A stretch of 62,920 nucleotides of DNA, the filler included, from Stramenopiles sp. TOSAG23-3 (lineage: Eukaryota): the NCBI GenBank assembly GCA_900128585.1. It is 9 parts of 9 records of this genome, joined end to end, with 100 filler letters (N's around TTAATTAATTAA, not from the genome) between each part and the next. Parts side by side here need not be neighbours in the genome. Positions count along the whole stretch, not along the records: positions 15,506 to 23,139 come from LT643123.1; positions 23,240 to 30,865 come from LT643124.1; 7 more parts are not named here. One strand, given 5' to 3'. Below the pieces are notes generated by a model, which did not search any database, was not told the DNA's origin, and saw only the letters and a list, made by a program, of their open reading frames with translations. Made by a program: the position numbers and the translations under genes. This document shows, in pieces, positions 19,301-29,537 of this stretch (position 1 is its first letter; each line of letters opens with the position of its first letter).

Positions 19301-22043
19301 TCTAGCTAATGTTTTCTCCAGGACGCTGTCGATAACATAGATCAAATTGTACGCCGATTTGCAGTGTTGCTCTTTGATTGCTTCTATGCCCTTCAAATCG
19401 TTGGGTACATTGCGCTGGGGCACTTGGCGTTTGGACCCTTTGCGATTGGACCCTTCGGGCTGCCCCGACTCTTCGCTGTTGTCCCCTACGATTGCGAGCA
19501 GCCTTTCCAGTTCCTCTTTCGCTTTCTCCTTCGACTTTTCCGATTCTGACAGTTCCTTGGCCGCCGCTTTGGCCTTGTCTGACATCAGAGTGGTCGCATC
19601 CGCAATGGCCGCTGCAAGCTTCAATTTCTCCCCTGCCTGTTCCGAGGCCACGTCCGCCTTGATGCGCATCGCGTTTCGCTTCCACAGCGGCGACGTTTCC
19701 ATCTTCTTCGTCACCGCCGCGGCCTTCGCTACGGCCTTCGCAACAGTGGCCTTGTACGCGTTGGCGCGAGCCCGGGTCGCCACCAGCGCATTGTTGGCGG
19801 CATCCAGAGCCGCTTCTTTCTCTTTCACTTCGGCTTTCATCTTTTTAAACTTCGTGGCCGCCTTGTCCAATGGGCTCTTGCCTTTGGAATTCCCTAACTT
19901 TCCCAGGGCTTCGAGCTTTATCATTTCCTTTTCCGATTCTTCCACTTCCGCGCTTATTTTTACACTAATCTCCGCGGCGTGCACGAGCTCCTTGGCCAAG
20001 GCTGGGTCCTCCCCGGCAACGGACAAGTCCTCGATGCAGTTCGCTCTCGCGTCCTCGGCTTTAATGTGCCCGCACATGGCCTCCGCTTCCGCCGTGCCCA
20101 TGCCGTGATTTACTTCTGTGGTGTTGCCCACGTTCGCGGACGTTTCCTTGAAACTAAAGTGGGCACGAACGTGTTCGTATTTGCAGCCGCCGAAGAAGCC
20201 GTCGGCCTTGAGTTTAGCTGGCTCGCACGGGGTGTTGTGGGAGCATTTCGAGCCAATGTAGGCTTCATCGGCGGCCTTCGACGGCCCCATGACTCCGCAA
20301 ATACCCGTTCCCGACCCATCCTTTGGGATCTTCATGGTCAAATGAACGTCTACAAAATAGGACCACGCTTTGTTCACGACTGCTTTGGATCCTTCCGGCG
20401 TGGTGATCGTTACTTTGGACGACCCGCCCCCCGATATTTTGTTTCCACCGGGGGTTTCCCCGTTCACCTTGTCGCAACCGATCATTGCGTGCAAATTACC
20501 ACCCATATTCGTGACGACGATGGTCTCTCCCGAGGACTCCATGGCGTACCCCACGTTGGCGGAGATGTGCCCTACCTTGTTGGCATTTATCCAGTCCATA
20601 AATGTGTGGTGCTGCTCGGCTAGGTTTGGGTTTACTGCGAGGGCGAATTCTCCCGGTTGGTATATGTTGTACTTGTGCCCCATGAACGTCTTTGGGTGTG
20701 GGTCCCCGACGGATTTGCACGTCTTAACGTGCAACTGGTCGTCAGAGTACCCCCCCCCCCTTTGTTTTCGGGGGAATGTACGGGTTGAGGCCAGTCGCAT
20801 AATTCCCCGTCTCACTGTCCCGGTTGAGATTTCTTCCGCATGGCCCTTTTACCATGGAAGCGTGCATCATCGGCGGGACTTCTTGGATAATCTTTTGCTG
20901 CTGCAACACCAAGTACTGTTGGCTGACGGGAGACATGACTTGTTCGCTAACTTCTCTGATGACGTACTCGGACATAACCGACGACATGTCCATGCCCATA
21001 ACGGTGCCATCGTCGCGATGGCTCATGGCCCCCATCATCGGCGGCGCCACGACTAGCGCGGGGTTCGACAAGGCCGGGTTTCCGATAATTTGCCCCCCCA
21101 GGGGGTTTTTGGAGAGTTGCTTGGCCATCTGCGCGAGCCGTGTTGAGTGCTGAGAGGCCTGCTCTTTGCTTCGCACCATGTTTTCGGTGCGCTGAAAACG
21201 CATTTCCCGCTGCAGCAATTGCTTGCAGGTCGCCAAGGTCGACTGCAGGGCGTCGCAGTGCAGCAGGTCGCCGTGCGATTTGACGCAATCGGAGAACCGG
21301 CTTGCCTCCGACTCGCAGTTTACGGAAAACTTATCGACCCTCTCGTCTGCTGAGGTTGCCGTCTCCAACAGCGTGCCGGCCGGGTGCTTTTCCACGGTGA
21401 CTGCGTACTTGTCCACGTCTACTTCGTTGTACTCGTACACGTGCTGCGCTTCGACCAGTGGGTGGTGGGGGTCGGGGCGCAGCTGAACCGTGGCCCGGCG
21501 GTGGGGGAATCGTACTTGGCACCCCAACAGCGAAGTTCGCTCCCCGATTCGTGCGCCTGCAAGCACCCCGTACCGTTCCCCACCGCGCCCCCTTGGGCCA
21601 ACTTCCTCCTCGTCGTCAAACAGGAGAAGCCATTTGGCCCAGCCCGTCGCCGGGCCGCCGCCGCCCTCCGGCAGGTCGCGGACCGCACGCGTTAACGTTG
21701 GGGAGAACAGCACGCTGGCGTTTCCCCCGTTCGTGCCGGGGCACCAAACCGCCCCTTCTTCGAGGGCAGGGGCCCCGATCCCGCCGGCGCCGGCTTCGTA
21801 GACGACGATGATCAAAAATGCAGTGGCTTGCTGTACCACAACGGTGCGCTCATCGCCCTGCGGGTGTTGAAAAATGCTAAGCTCAAGCGAGCGAAAGGAC
21901 GCTCGGGTCGGCCCGGACGTGGCCGAGCTGGAGCTCGTACTCGGCGGCCCTCGTGTGGCCGAGCTCGTTCCACCCTTCCAGGAAAGGATGGACAACAGCA
22001 AAAACTGCAATAGGATGACGTGAATGTTCCCTCGCAGCGGCAT
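16313..22043 (-). CDS. large secreted mosaic protein (VWD domain, coiled coils, Cys-rich modules), split by a frameshift at a G11 tract (20750-20760)
   Basis: Signal peptide MPLRGNIHVILLQFLLLSILSWKG. ORFs 20742..22070 and 16313..20815 overlap across the homopolymer. The VWD signature CKSVGDPHPKTFMGHKY...GICG follows it directly. KTPPAS x3; C-terminal CxxC..CxxC module. Confidence 0.8.
17541..17594 (-). repeat. intragenic 18-bp tandem repeat x3 (PASKTP)
   Basis: GGCGTCTTGGAGGCGGGC twice, then GGCGTCTTGGAGGCAGGC. Confidence 0.9.
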
Positions 22044-22721
22044 GGTACAACAGGTTGATTCCACGCCCACGTCTTATTTATTTATTTTACAACGCAACGT
22101 CTGAACCTTGAACTGCTTACAATACCATGCCCTGGTGAACCGACCGCGGGCAGTTCGTTCCGTTCGTTCGTTTGCTAATGGACCGTTTCGGGACGTCCAG
22201 GAATTCTCTATTTACACGATAAGTTCACGATCAAGATCTATGGCGTATTCCTCGTACAAATTGGGTTCCATTTCCATTCCACCATATGCTTCTCTTCATT
22301 CCATTCCCCCTATGTCTCTCTTCATTCCATTCCCCCATATCTCCCTTCATTCCTTCCCAATCCGTTTGTCTCTCTCGTTCAACACTTCTATATACAGAGA
22401 CAGACATCACTCCATTTTTGTTTTTTAGTTATTTTTTAGTTATTTAGTAGTACTACTTCTGCTTCTTCTTCTATATTCTTCATTCTCTTTGTTATTACTC
22501 CTATTAAGCTTAATATAGTAAAACTAAATTTATCAATTTGCTCCTTCATCTTAGGCTTGTGGTGTTTCCTTCCCTTCTTTCTTTCTTTCTTTCTTTGTTA
22601 TTTCTCCTTTTCTGCTTGATCTCTCCTTTCCTCCCCCCTTTTTCAACTGAAGAAAACAAAGTTTCTTTACAATTACATAAACATAGCATCAAATTACATT
22701 ATTTTAATACATAAAACATAC

Positions 22722-22984
22722 ACACAGCATAGATATAAAATAGAGTATACACATAGCATAGATATAAATAGAATATACATACACATAGCACAGCTATAAA
22801 TAGAATATACATGAACATAGCATGGCTATAAATAGAGTATACATACACATAGCATAGCTATAAATAGAATATACATCAACATAGCATTGATATAAATAGA
22901 GTATACATCAACATAGCATTGATATAAATAGAATATACATACACATAGCATTGATATAAATAGAATATACATACAGATAGCATT
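22722..22984. repeat. 32-bp minisatellite, about 8 copies
   Basis: Consensus ACATAGCATWGMTATAAATAGARTATACATAC, repeated head-to-tail without unique spacers. Confidence 0.92.
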
Positions 22985-23060
22985 ATTAGTATTATTTTAT
23001 ATGCTGTATCTATGTATACACTGAAGAATTAAAAAAAAAAAGAAAAAAGAATAATTATTA

Positions 23061-23139
23061 TTTCTTTTCTTTCTTTCTTTTTTAGATTCCTTTCTTTTCT
23101 TTCTTTCTTTTTTAGATTCCTTTCTTTTCTTTCTTTCTT
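23061..23139. repeat. 30-bp pyrimidine-rich tandem repeat at the contig end
   Basis: TTTCTTTTCTTTCTTTCTTTTTTAGATTCC x2.6, running into the linker. Confidence 0.85.
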
Positions 23140-23239
23140 NNNNNNNNNNNNNNNNNNNNNNNNNNNNNNNNNNNNNNNNNNNNTTAATTAATTAANNNNN
23201 NNNNNNNNNNNNNNNNNNNNNNNNNNNNNNNNNNNNNNN
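23140..23239. other. artificial contig linker
   Basis: N44-TTAATTAATTAA-N44. Confidence 0.99.
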
Positions 23240-23503
23240 TTTACCCTCTGAGCGGGCCTTGTGGATAAAATTTATTACAGATTTAAAGTGTGCTGATATT
23301 TTCTCCGAAGGCCTGTCAATAATTTTCACAAACAAGTAACAACCGTGTAACTCCTTTTCGACTACATCTGCCGGTAGTGGGTCAAAGCAAGCACTTACAA
23401 CACACCCTATGTTTCTCCTTCTGAAGAAGTCCTCAGGCCGGTCGGCACCGCCCAGCCAAATGGCGGCAGGGCTGGGTAAGACTAATGACGGCTTTCCTCC
23501 CAT
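23240..23503 (-). CDS. dual-specificity protein phosphatase, N-terminal part (3'-truncated)
   Basis: IWLGG, NIGCVVS and YLFVKIIDRPSEKISAHFKSVINFIHKARSEGK, which typically precedes the VLVHC active site (lost at the contig end). Confidence 0.85.
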
Positions 23504-24122
23504 ACGTTTTCCAAACTAATTAATAAAAGCGAAGCCCTCGTTGGTTTCGTAACGTTCCCCGGTGATAAATATTTTCCTAAAACGCTCGCACACAAACAAG
23601 AATAATTGATTTTGTTTTGAAACAATTCTTCCTTTTCTTGCATTGTCGTTGATTCTCTACTAGACTACTATACCAATAACATTTTTTTTTAAAAAGAAGA
23701 TATGATGATGGTGGGGGGATGGGGGAAGAGGGAAGAGGAAGAAGATGCCGCTTCTCTTCTCATCGTACTACCCGTACAGGTACATTAGTCGATTTAAGAA
23801 CATAATCACAGCATAGACATTTCTTTTTTCTTTTAAAAGATTGGAAGACCTGCACCAGGAAGAAATTTTTTCTTTATTATACATTACACAGCATCAAATA
23901 TGAAAAATGGTGCGCGCAGAAGAAGAAATTTTTTTTCTTCTTCTTCCCCAAACAACAACAACAACAAAGAAGAAGATGTCCGTCCTAAAAAAAAAAAATC
24001 GACAAGAAAGAAAGTCCGCTTCTTCAATACAACATTTCAACTAACTTTATAGTATATTATAGCTGACAATTATTGCGACACCCATTTAAAAAAAGAAAAA
24101 GCACACATTTTCCCAGGTTATT

Positions 24123-24659
24123 ATGATTTCAGAGCTTTTGACCCCAAAGCGGGAAGCCTATCGGATTCAGAAACGGGTTACATGTTATGATAACGGCCAG
24201 TTTGATAAAGCTGGGAAAACTCCTCACCCTCCGCCAACATCCCTGCCAAGTCCGAGGGCGGCGGCTTCAATTGAGTCTGGCAAATGTAAAAGTACGACCG
24301 ATGCAGCGTCGTCAAACCAGGCTGTGATAGACGCTAGAATGTATGGATTAATGAGAAAGAGAACTAAACTTGGTTTCTCACATAAACGGTTTTTCGTCGT
24401 CTTGGGTCGAAACATGGATGAGTTGATGTGGTGCAAAAGTTACCGACAGTTTTTGGCTGCTGGTGGAGAAACAAAGAGTAAACTTATTGTTGTAGGTGTT
24501 GAGGATGACGGGACCCGATTTGGGTTCGATGTGGTCGGAGAAAACCGAGTACTACACCTGGAGGCGCCCACGACACAGATGAAACACACTTGGCTCAATT
24601 TCCTGAACGAAACTATTCGTCAAAGCACTACTAACAAAAACAACAAGATGATAATATGA
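24123..24659 (+). CDS. PH-domain protein
   Basis: MYGLMRKRTKLGFSHKRFFVV...FGFDVV..NRVLHLEAPTTQMKHTWLNFLNETI: PH fold with the conserved Trp in the C-terminal helix. Confidence 0.82.
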   Translation: MISELLTPKREAYRIQKRVTCYDNGQFDKAGKTPHPPPTSLPSPRAAASIESGKCKSTTDAASSNQAVIDARMYGLMRKRTKLGFSHKRFFVVLGRNMDELMWCKSYRQFLAAGGETKSKLIVVGVEDDGTRFGFDVVGENRVLHLEAPTTQMKHTWLNFLNETIRQSTTNKNNKMII

Positions 24660-25008
24660 TGATGGAATGGAAGAAGAAAGAAGAAGAAGAAGTATTATTA
24701 TTGTATTAGTATTGTTGTGCTGCTCTGCTATGACATGACTGATGACAGACAACAGAGAAGAAGAGAGAAGAAGAGAGGAGATAAAGCTTTTTTAAAATAA
24801 TAATAAAGCTTTTTTCTAATAAAAAAAATCCATGATTATTAATAAATATTTGGTACTCAGAACTCAGAACTAAGAATACAAAAGGTTAAAACATGGACCG
24901 GGAGAAAAGGAGTATTGCTTTAGTTCATAGTTTTGAAAGAATTGCGCGTACGAAGCCATTTACAGTGAGACGAGGAGTGCGTCTTATCTATGCACCATTG
25001 GAGCAACA

Positions 25009-26826
25009 ATGAATTTGGCGAAACTAAACCGACTGACGTCGATTAAAGCAACGGGAAACGCTTTCTTCTCGGAAAAGAAATACACCAAGGCTCTGGATGA
25101 GTACACGCGGGGGATTTCAGATATAGGACTCGCGGTGGGAAGGTCAACGCCGACTGGGTCCCTTTACAAAGAAATAACGGTGCAACTGCTGTCTAACAGA
25201 GCCTTGGTGTACCAGAGGCTTGGGAAACTCAAAGAGAGCATCCACGACTGCAAGACGGCGCTCGCGCACGATCCTGAAAATGTCAAAGTCCTCTACCGGC
25301 TAGCCCTGGCGTACGAAACGAACCAACAGCTCGAAGAAGCGTTCAAACACATTTCGATGGCAAAGTCCCACGATCGGTCGTCGGACAAGGCCGTGCAGCG
25401 CCTCTATAAGAAGTTAGAGACCTTGGTGACGTCAAAGGAGGCCTTGGAGCACGTCGCAGCCCCCAGGCCCCTGAACAGGTGCCTCGAAAAGGTTTATCGT
25501 TGTGCGGTTGCAGCCTGCCGAACCTGCAAAAGTGTGCATCCAGCTCGTCGCCGTGGCGGTGCAGCGGACAGCAAAGGACGGTCGTACGCGGAGGAACCAT
25601 CGGTATTGAAACCGCAGATTGAAATCGATGAACAAAAGATAGACGATTTGGTCACAAACGTTTGGATGAGCCCAGAGAACAAGACGGTATTTTTAGATCA
25701 GCTAGAACTAGCAAGCCAGTCCGTGTCCAGGCTCCCCATTGATTTTCAGTCCCAAGAGGAGCAGATAAACTTTTACGGCGTCCATGCGGTATGCAGTTTC
25801 GGCATGGGCTTTTCACGAGAGTTTCGAAGAATGTTTAGGAAGCCGTTTGAGGACGTCCACACCATGGCCATGCTGTCGATGCACATGGCAACAAGCGGCC
25901 ATGGAGGCGCGAGGGGGTGGGACGCGAAGTTCATGATGGGGTTGGAGGTGGGGGCGCTCGCCTCGTACTTTCAGCTCCCGTTGGACCGGGAGGAAAGGAT
26001 GGACGCAGGCATTTACGTTTCAAAACCAACACCGTTCAAGCCATATTTAGTGAAGATGACAGACGTGTTAAAAAACGTTGGAACCGCGCTCGTGCAGAGC
26101 GGTCACGCGGACTTCGCGTCTTTCATTCTCCGGGCTGCAACGCACCCTTTCGAGTCTGTCGGAGAAGCAGCCGACCAGCAGCCAGAGCCGTCTGCAAAAG
26201 AAATGCTCGCGTCGATCGTCCAAGGGCTTGTTCAGCTGTCCCCAGCATTTTTGGACCAACACATGCTGATCTCCAAACACGCCCAGCACCGAGTACAAGT
26301 GGGGTTTTACCGGAAGGCGCAAATGTTTGCCAGGAATGTGTTTCTCTCCGTTAATGGGCCGTGGACCTCTGCCGCCCTGGTGGAGGCAACCAAGGTCGGC
26401 GAAACGACGGGCGAGGAATGCCCGGCAAACAATAGTTTGATGGGGGCGCTAGATTACCTTACCTGCCTTGCCGACTGCGACCTGGTCTCCATTTTACGAA
26501 ACCTTGGTGTCATCGTTGTCCACGATGCAGATCTACTATACGACCTTGAACAGAATGGCGAGAAGGACCTGAGCGAGTCTCGTCTGGAAATACTCCTCCG
26601 CGCGGTTTCAGTCATGGCAGTAGAAAAGATAGTAGAAAGAATCAATAAGGGCACTGACGGTGTCCTTTCCAGCTGGCAACTGGACCTCTTCCTCCGCGAG
26701 CTCGGGAGGAGTCTAAAGCAGAACGATTTGCCCAAGCAAGAATTTGACGAACGGTTGCTTGTGCTACACCCTGGAAGCAGCACAACCATTGTCCGCCATA
26801 GTTGTAAATCTTCCACTTGGTTTTGA
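25009..26826 (+). CDS. TPR-repeat protein fused to a queuosine-salvage (QNG1/DUF2419)-like domain
   Basis: N-terminal 3 TPRs (KATGNAFF..KKYTKALDEY, LSNRALVY, KVLYRLALAY). C-terminal FYRKAQ, LTCLADCDLVSILRNLGVI, EILLRAVSVMAVE, QLDLFL and RHSCKSSTWF follow the order of QNG1 motifs FYKRAQ, LTMFADY, EVEIR, LDYYLW and HRxRxxYY. Confidence 0.8.
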   Translation: MNLAKLNRLTSIKATGNAFFSEKKYTKALDEYTRGISDIGLAVGRSTPTGSLYKEITVQLLSNRALVYQRLGKLKESIHDCKTALAHDPENVKVLYRLALAYETNQQLEEAFKHISMAKSHDRSSDKAVQRLYKKLETLVTSKEALEHVAAPRPLNRCLEKVYRCAVAACRTCKSVHPARRRGGAADSKGRSYAEEPSVLKPQIEIDEQKIDDLVTNVWMSPENKTVFLDQLELASQSVSRLPIDFQSQEEQINFYGVHAVCSFGMGFSREFRRMFRKPFEDVHTMAMLSMHMATSGHGGARGWDAKFMMGLEVGALASYFQLPLDREERMDAGIYVSKPTPFKPYLVKMTDVLKNVGTALVQSGHADFASFILRAATHPFESVGEAADQQPEPSAKEMLASIVQGLVQLSPAFLDQHMLISKHAQHRVQVGFYRKAQMFARNVFLSVNGPWTSAALVEATKVGETTGEECPANNSLMGALDYLTCLADCDLVSILRNLGVIVVHDADLLYDLEQNGEKDLSESRLEILLRAVSVMAVEKIVERINKGTDGVLSSWQLDLFLRELGRSLKQNDLPKQEFDERLLVLHPGSSTTIVRHSCKSSTWF

Positions 26827-27526
26827 CTCTTGACCCGTTCTTTTGAACTATTCGCACGCGCGACATCCGTGGGTGGCATTTTGTTAGCTTGTAATTGTGC
26901 TTCTATCAACTTGAAAGCCGTCCTATGCTGTCAAGCTGCTATCAAGTCAAAAATTCTAGATAAGAATATTCAAGCAAAATATCTTGATATAGGGAGGAAT
27001 CAAACTAGTGTTATTGCATTTCAAGTATGAAAAATCGAGTTTATTTTCCCTATCAAAATGTGTGTTTTTTGTAGTGTCTAAGTATAAAAATAGGCAAATG
27101 AAGGTAGAAATCGATTTTCACATATTTCTAAATCGAAGAATGCTAAATCGAAGAATGATTAATTGCTATCACTTTATGCTAGTCTACCAGCTGTATGCTA
27201 TACCGTCCAATAATAATAATCTTAATAACTCATAATCATCAATCTTCTTGTTGTACATTATTTGTACATTAAAATAATAATAAAATTATTAAATAATAAT
27301 AAAATAACACTAAAAAAACAACACTTTCGTTCGTCCGATTGTGAAAAGTACAATATATACGAGTAGTAGTAGAAAATTCCATCAACCACTTACATTTGCC
27401 TCTTCTGAAACAAAAGTTCGTACATTTATCGGTCTATTTTCCCCTTTCTTGCGTTTGATTTTTTTTTGTAAAACGAACGTGGTGAATCATATTTTTTCTT
27501 GGCCGTTTATTATATCTATACACAAG

Positions 27527-29188
27527 ATGGCGGAAGTCTCCAGCAGCACTACCACTTATGGCACGCTTCAGAATCCCAGTTCAGACGAAGACGAAGAAGG
27601 CGGTGTGGACGGGTTTCATGACAGGTCGTTGCCAACGAGCATTCGAGAAGCCCTGTGGTCGCCCCCTGTAGATTACTTGAACGATGACCGGCAAATGGAC
27701 GCACCTTACAAAGACATAGCGGCACGCCGAGAAGCCCGCAAACTTGCGATTCGAAAACGTTCGTCTTCGTTTGTGGTAGTGCCCAGCCGGCTCACCACTG
27801 CAACATTCAACCTGACCAACACAATCATTGGAAGCGGTACGCTTGCAATGCCATATGCGGCCATGTCCAGTGGCCTATGCATTTTCCCGTTTCTTGTTGC
27901 CATTACCGGCGTTGCCGCCCACTACGCTGTTCTCTGCCTGTTCAACGCGGTAGAGAATCTGAAGGGGAGCCTGCGCCGACCACGGTACCCGTCCTTGGGG
28001 CGTGCCACGCTGGGTTGGTGGGGCGAGCAGATAGCCTCCTGGTCCGTGACGTTCCAGCAGCTGGGGGCGTGTATTGCCTACATAATCATAATAGGCGATG
28101 TGCTCTTCCCCGTTGTGTCCCAGGTCGAGGGGGTCTCTCTGCTCTGCCACCGTTGGTTTCTACAAGTTGCCATTGTTTGTGGTATTATCTTTCCGTTGTG
28201 TTTGATTCCGTCGATGGACCGCCTGAAATATGCATCGATCATGTCCCTCTCGCTGATCGCGGTAACGGTTGCGGTTGTGGTTGGCAATGGGTTCTACGTT
28301 CTTGGGGACTCTTCCTTACGGGAAGAACTAGTAGGCTCCGGGGACGCCACCAACAGCACGATTGGGCCAAAGATGGGGGCATACTGCGAAAACCTCGTCA
28401 ATGGCGGGAAAAGAAAGCTGCTGTTGGAGGACGCCCCACCAGCTTCTGGGACGACTGGTGCCCCCGCCTTGTTCCCCCCAGGGCTTTCGTTTCTTAGTGC
28501 ACTCCCCATTTTAGCGTTTGGGTTTTTGTGTCACATGAACACGTTTCCCATTTACCGAGAGTTGGAGCGCGCATCCGTTCGCCGCATGGGAATGGTATCC
28601 CGCCGCTCCATGACCATCGTTGGATCAACGTATGCGTTGATGGGAGTCTTCGGGTATTTGACGTTCCTTGGGTACACGGAGGACGACATTTTGAAGAACT
28701 TTAAATTCTCCGGCACTTACATATCGACCACGATGAACATTGTCCGTGTCGGCTTTGGTGTGTCTATGATCCTTTCGTTTCCCTTGATGATATGGGAAGC
28801 ACGACACAACGTCGACGTGTTGTTGTTTGCAACCGTGGAGCGGAAGAAGCTTGGGTACAGTTTTTGGAGATTCCTTTGGCTGAACATAGGCCTTCTGGCT
28901 CTCATAACGTCCATCGCCATCGCTGCCCCTGGGGTGAGCCCGGTCATAGAGCTGATTGGGTCTACGTGTTCGCCAATTATGATGTACATTTTGCCCGCGA
29001 CGTTTTTGCTCCAAAGCCAGACGACAAAATGGTGTCGTAGAGAAAATGCAAAACCGCTCTGCCTTTTGGGCACGGGGGCGTTACTGATTCCCCTTTGCGT
29101 TTTTGTTTGGATCATGAAGCACATCGTATGTTCTCCTGAGGAGCAAAAGTACGACGGTGATAGCGAGCTCTGCAAAGTTCTGTTTTAA
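27527..29188 (+). CDS. amino acid transporter, AAAP/SLC38 family
   Basis: FNLTNTIIGSGTLAMPYA, LPILAFGFLCHMNTFPIYREL and FGYLTF; about 11 TM segments. Confidence 0.95.
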   Translation: MAEVSSSTTTYGTLQNPSSDEDEEGGVDGFHDRSLPTSIREALWSPPVDYLNDDRQMDAPYKDIAARREARKLAIRKRSSSFVVVPSRLTTATFNLTNTIIGSGTLAMPYAAMSSGLCIFPFLVAITGVAAHYAVLCLFNAVENLKGSLRRPRYPSLGRATLGWWGEQIASWSVTFQQLGACIAYIIIIGDVLFPVVSQVEGVSLLCHRWFLQVAIVCGIIFPLCLIPSMDRLKYASIMSLSLIAVTVAVVVGNGFYVLGDSSLREELVGSGDATNSTIGPKMGAYCENLVNGGKRKLLLEDAPPASGTTGAPALFPPGLSFLSALPILAFGFLCHMNTFPIYRELERASVRRMGMVSRRSMTIVGSTYALMGVFGYLTFLGYTEDDILKNFKFSGTYISTTMNIVRVGFGVSMILSFPLMIWEARHNVDVLLFATVERKKLGYSFWRFLWLNIGLLALITSIAIAAPGVSPVIELIGSTCSPIMMYILPATFLLQSQTTKWCRRENAKPLCLLGTGALLIPLCVFVWIMKHIVCSPEEQKYDGDSELCKVLF

Positions 29189-29456
29189 TTGCGTTTTAGG
29201 AAGGTACGACCGAGTGATTGCTCTTTACTAAAGGAGGCGGGAGTGGGTTTTACACTTGGTTTAAACTTTAAGCATAAACATGTTTTTAAGAATTGCCAAT
29301 ATTTGTGATTAAAGGAACTCATTTAATACATACGTTAAAAACTCTATTATAGCTTAAAGATTCTTACGCCCCCGCGCGCAACATCATGGCGCGTCCCTGC
29401 GTATTCAAAAAAAAACAAAAATATATAGTATTCAATAACTTTTTTAATTTAAAATG

Positions 29457-29504
29457 TCGCAGTACATTAATACTTTAAATAAAACAGCCAATTTTTCTTG
29501 TTTT
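29457..29504 (-). repeat. copy of the dispersed post-stop-codon element
   Basis: The minus strand reads AAAACAAGAAAAATTGGCTGTTTTATTTAAAGTATTAATGTACTGCGA, 33 nt after the stop of the minus-strand SDR gene. Confidence 0.85.
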
Positions 29505-29537
29505 AAATGTTTTATACTTTACAACAAGAGTCGTAAT

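Noticed and set aside
22722-22984. CRISPR-like periodicity
   Set aside because: Units are head-to-tail with no unique spacers, there are no cas genes, and the context is eukaryotic.
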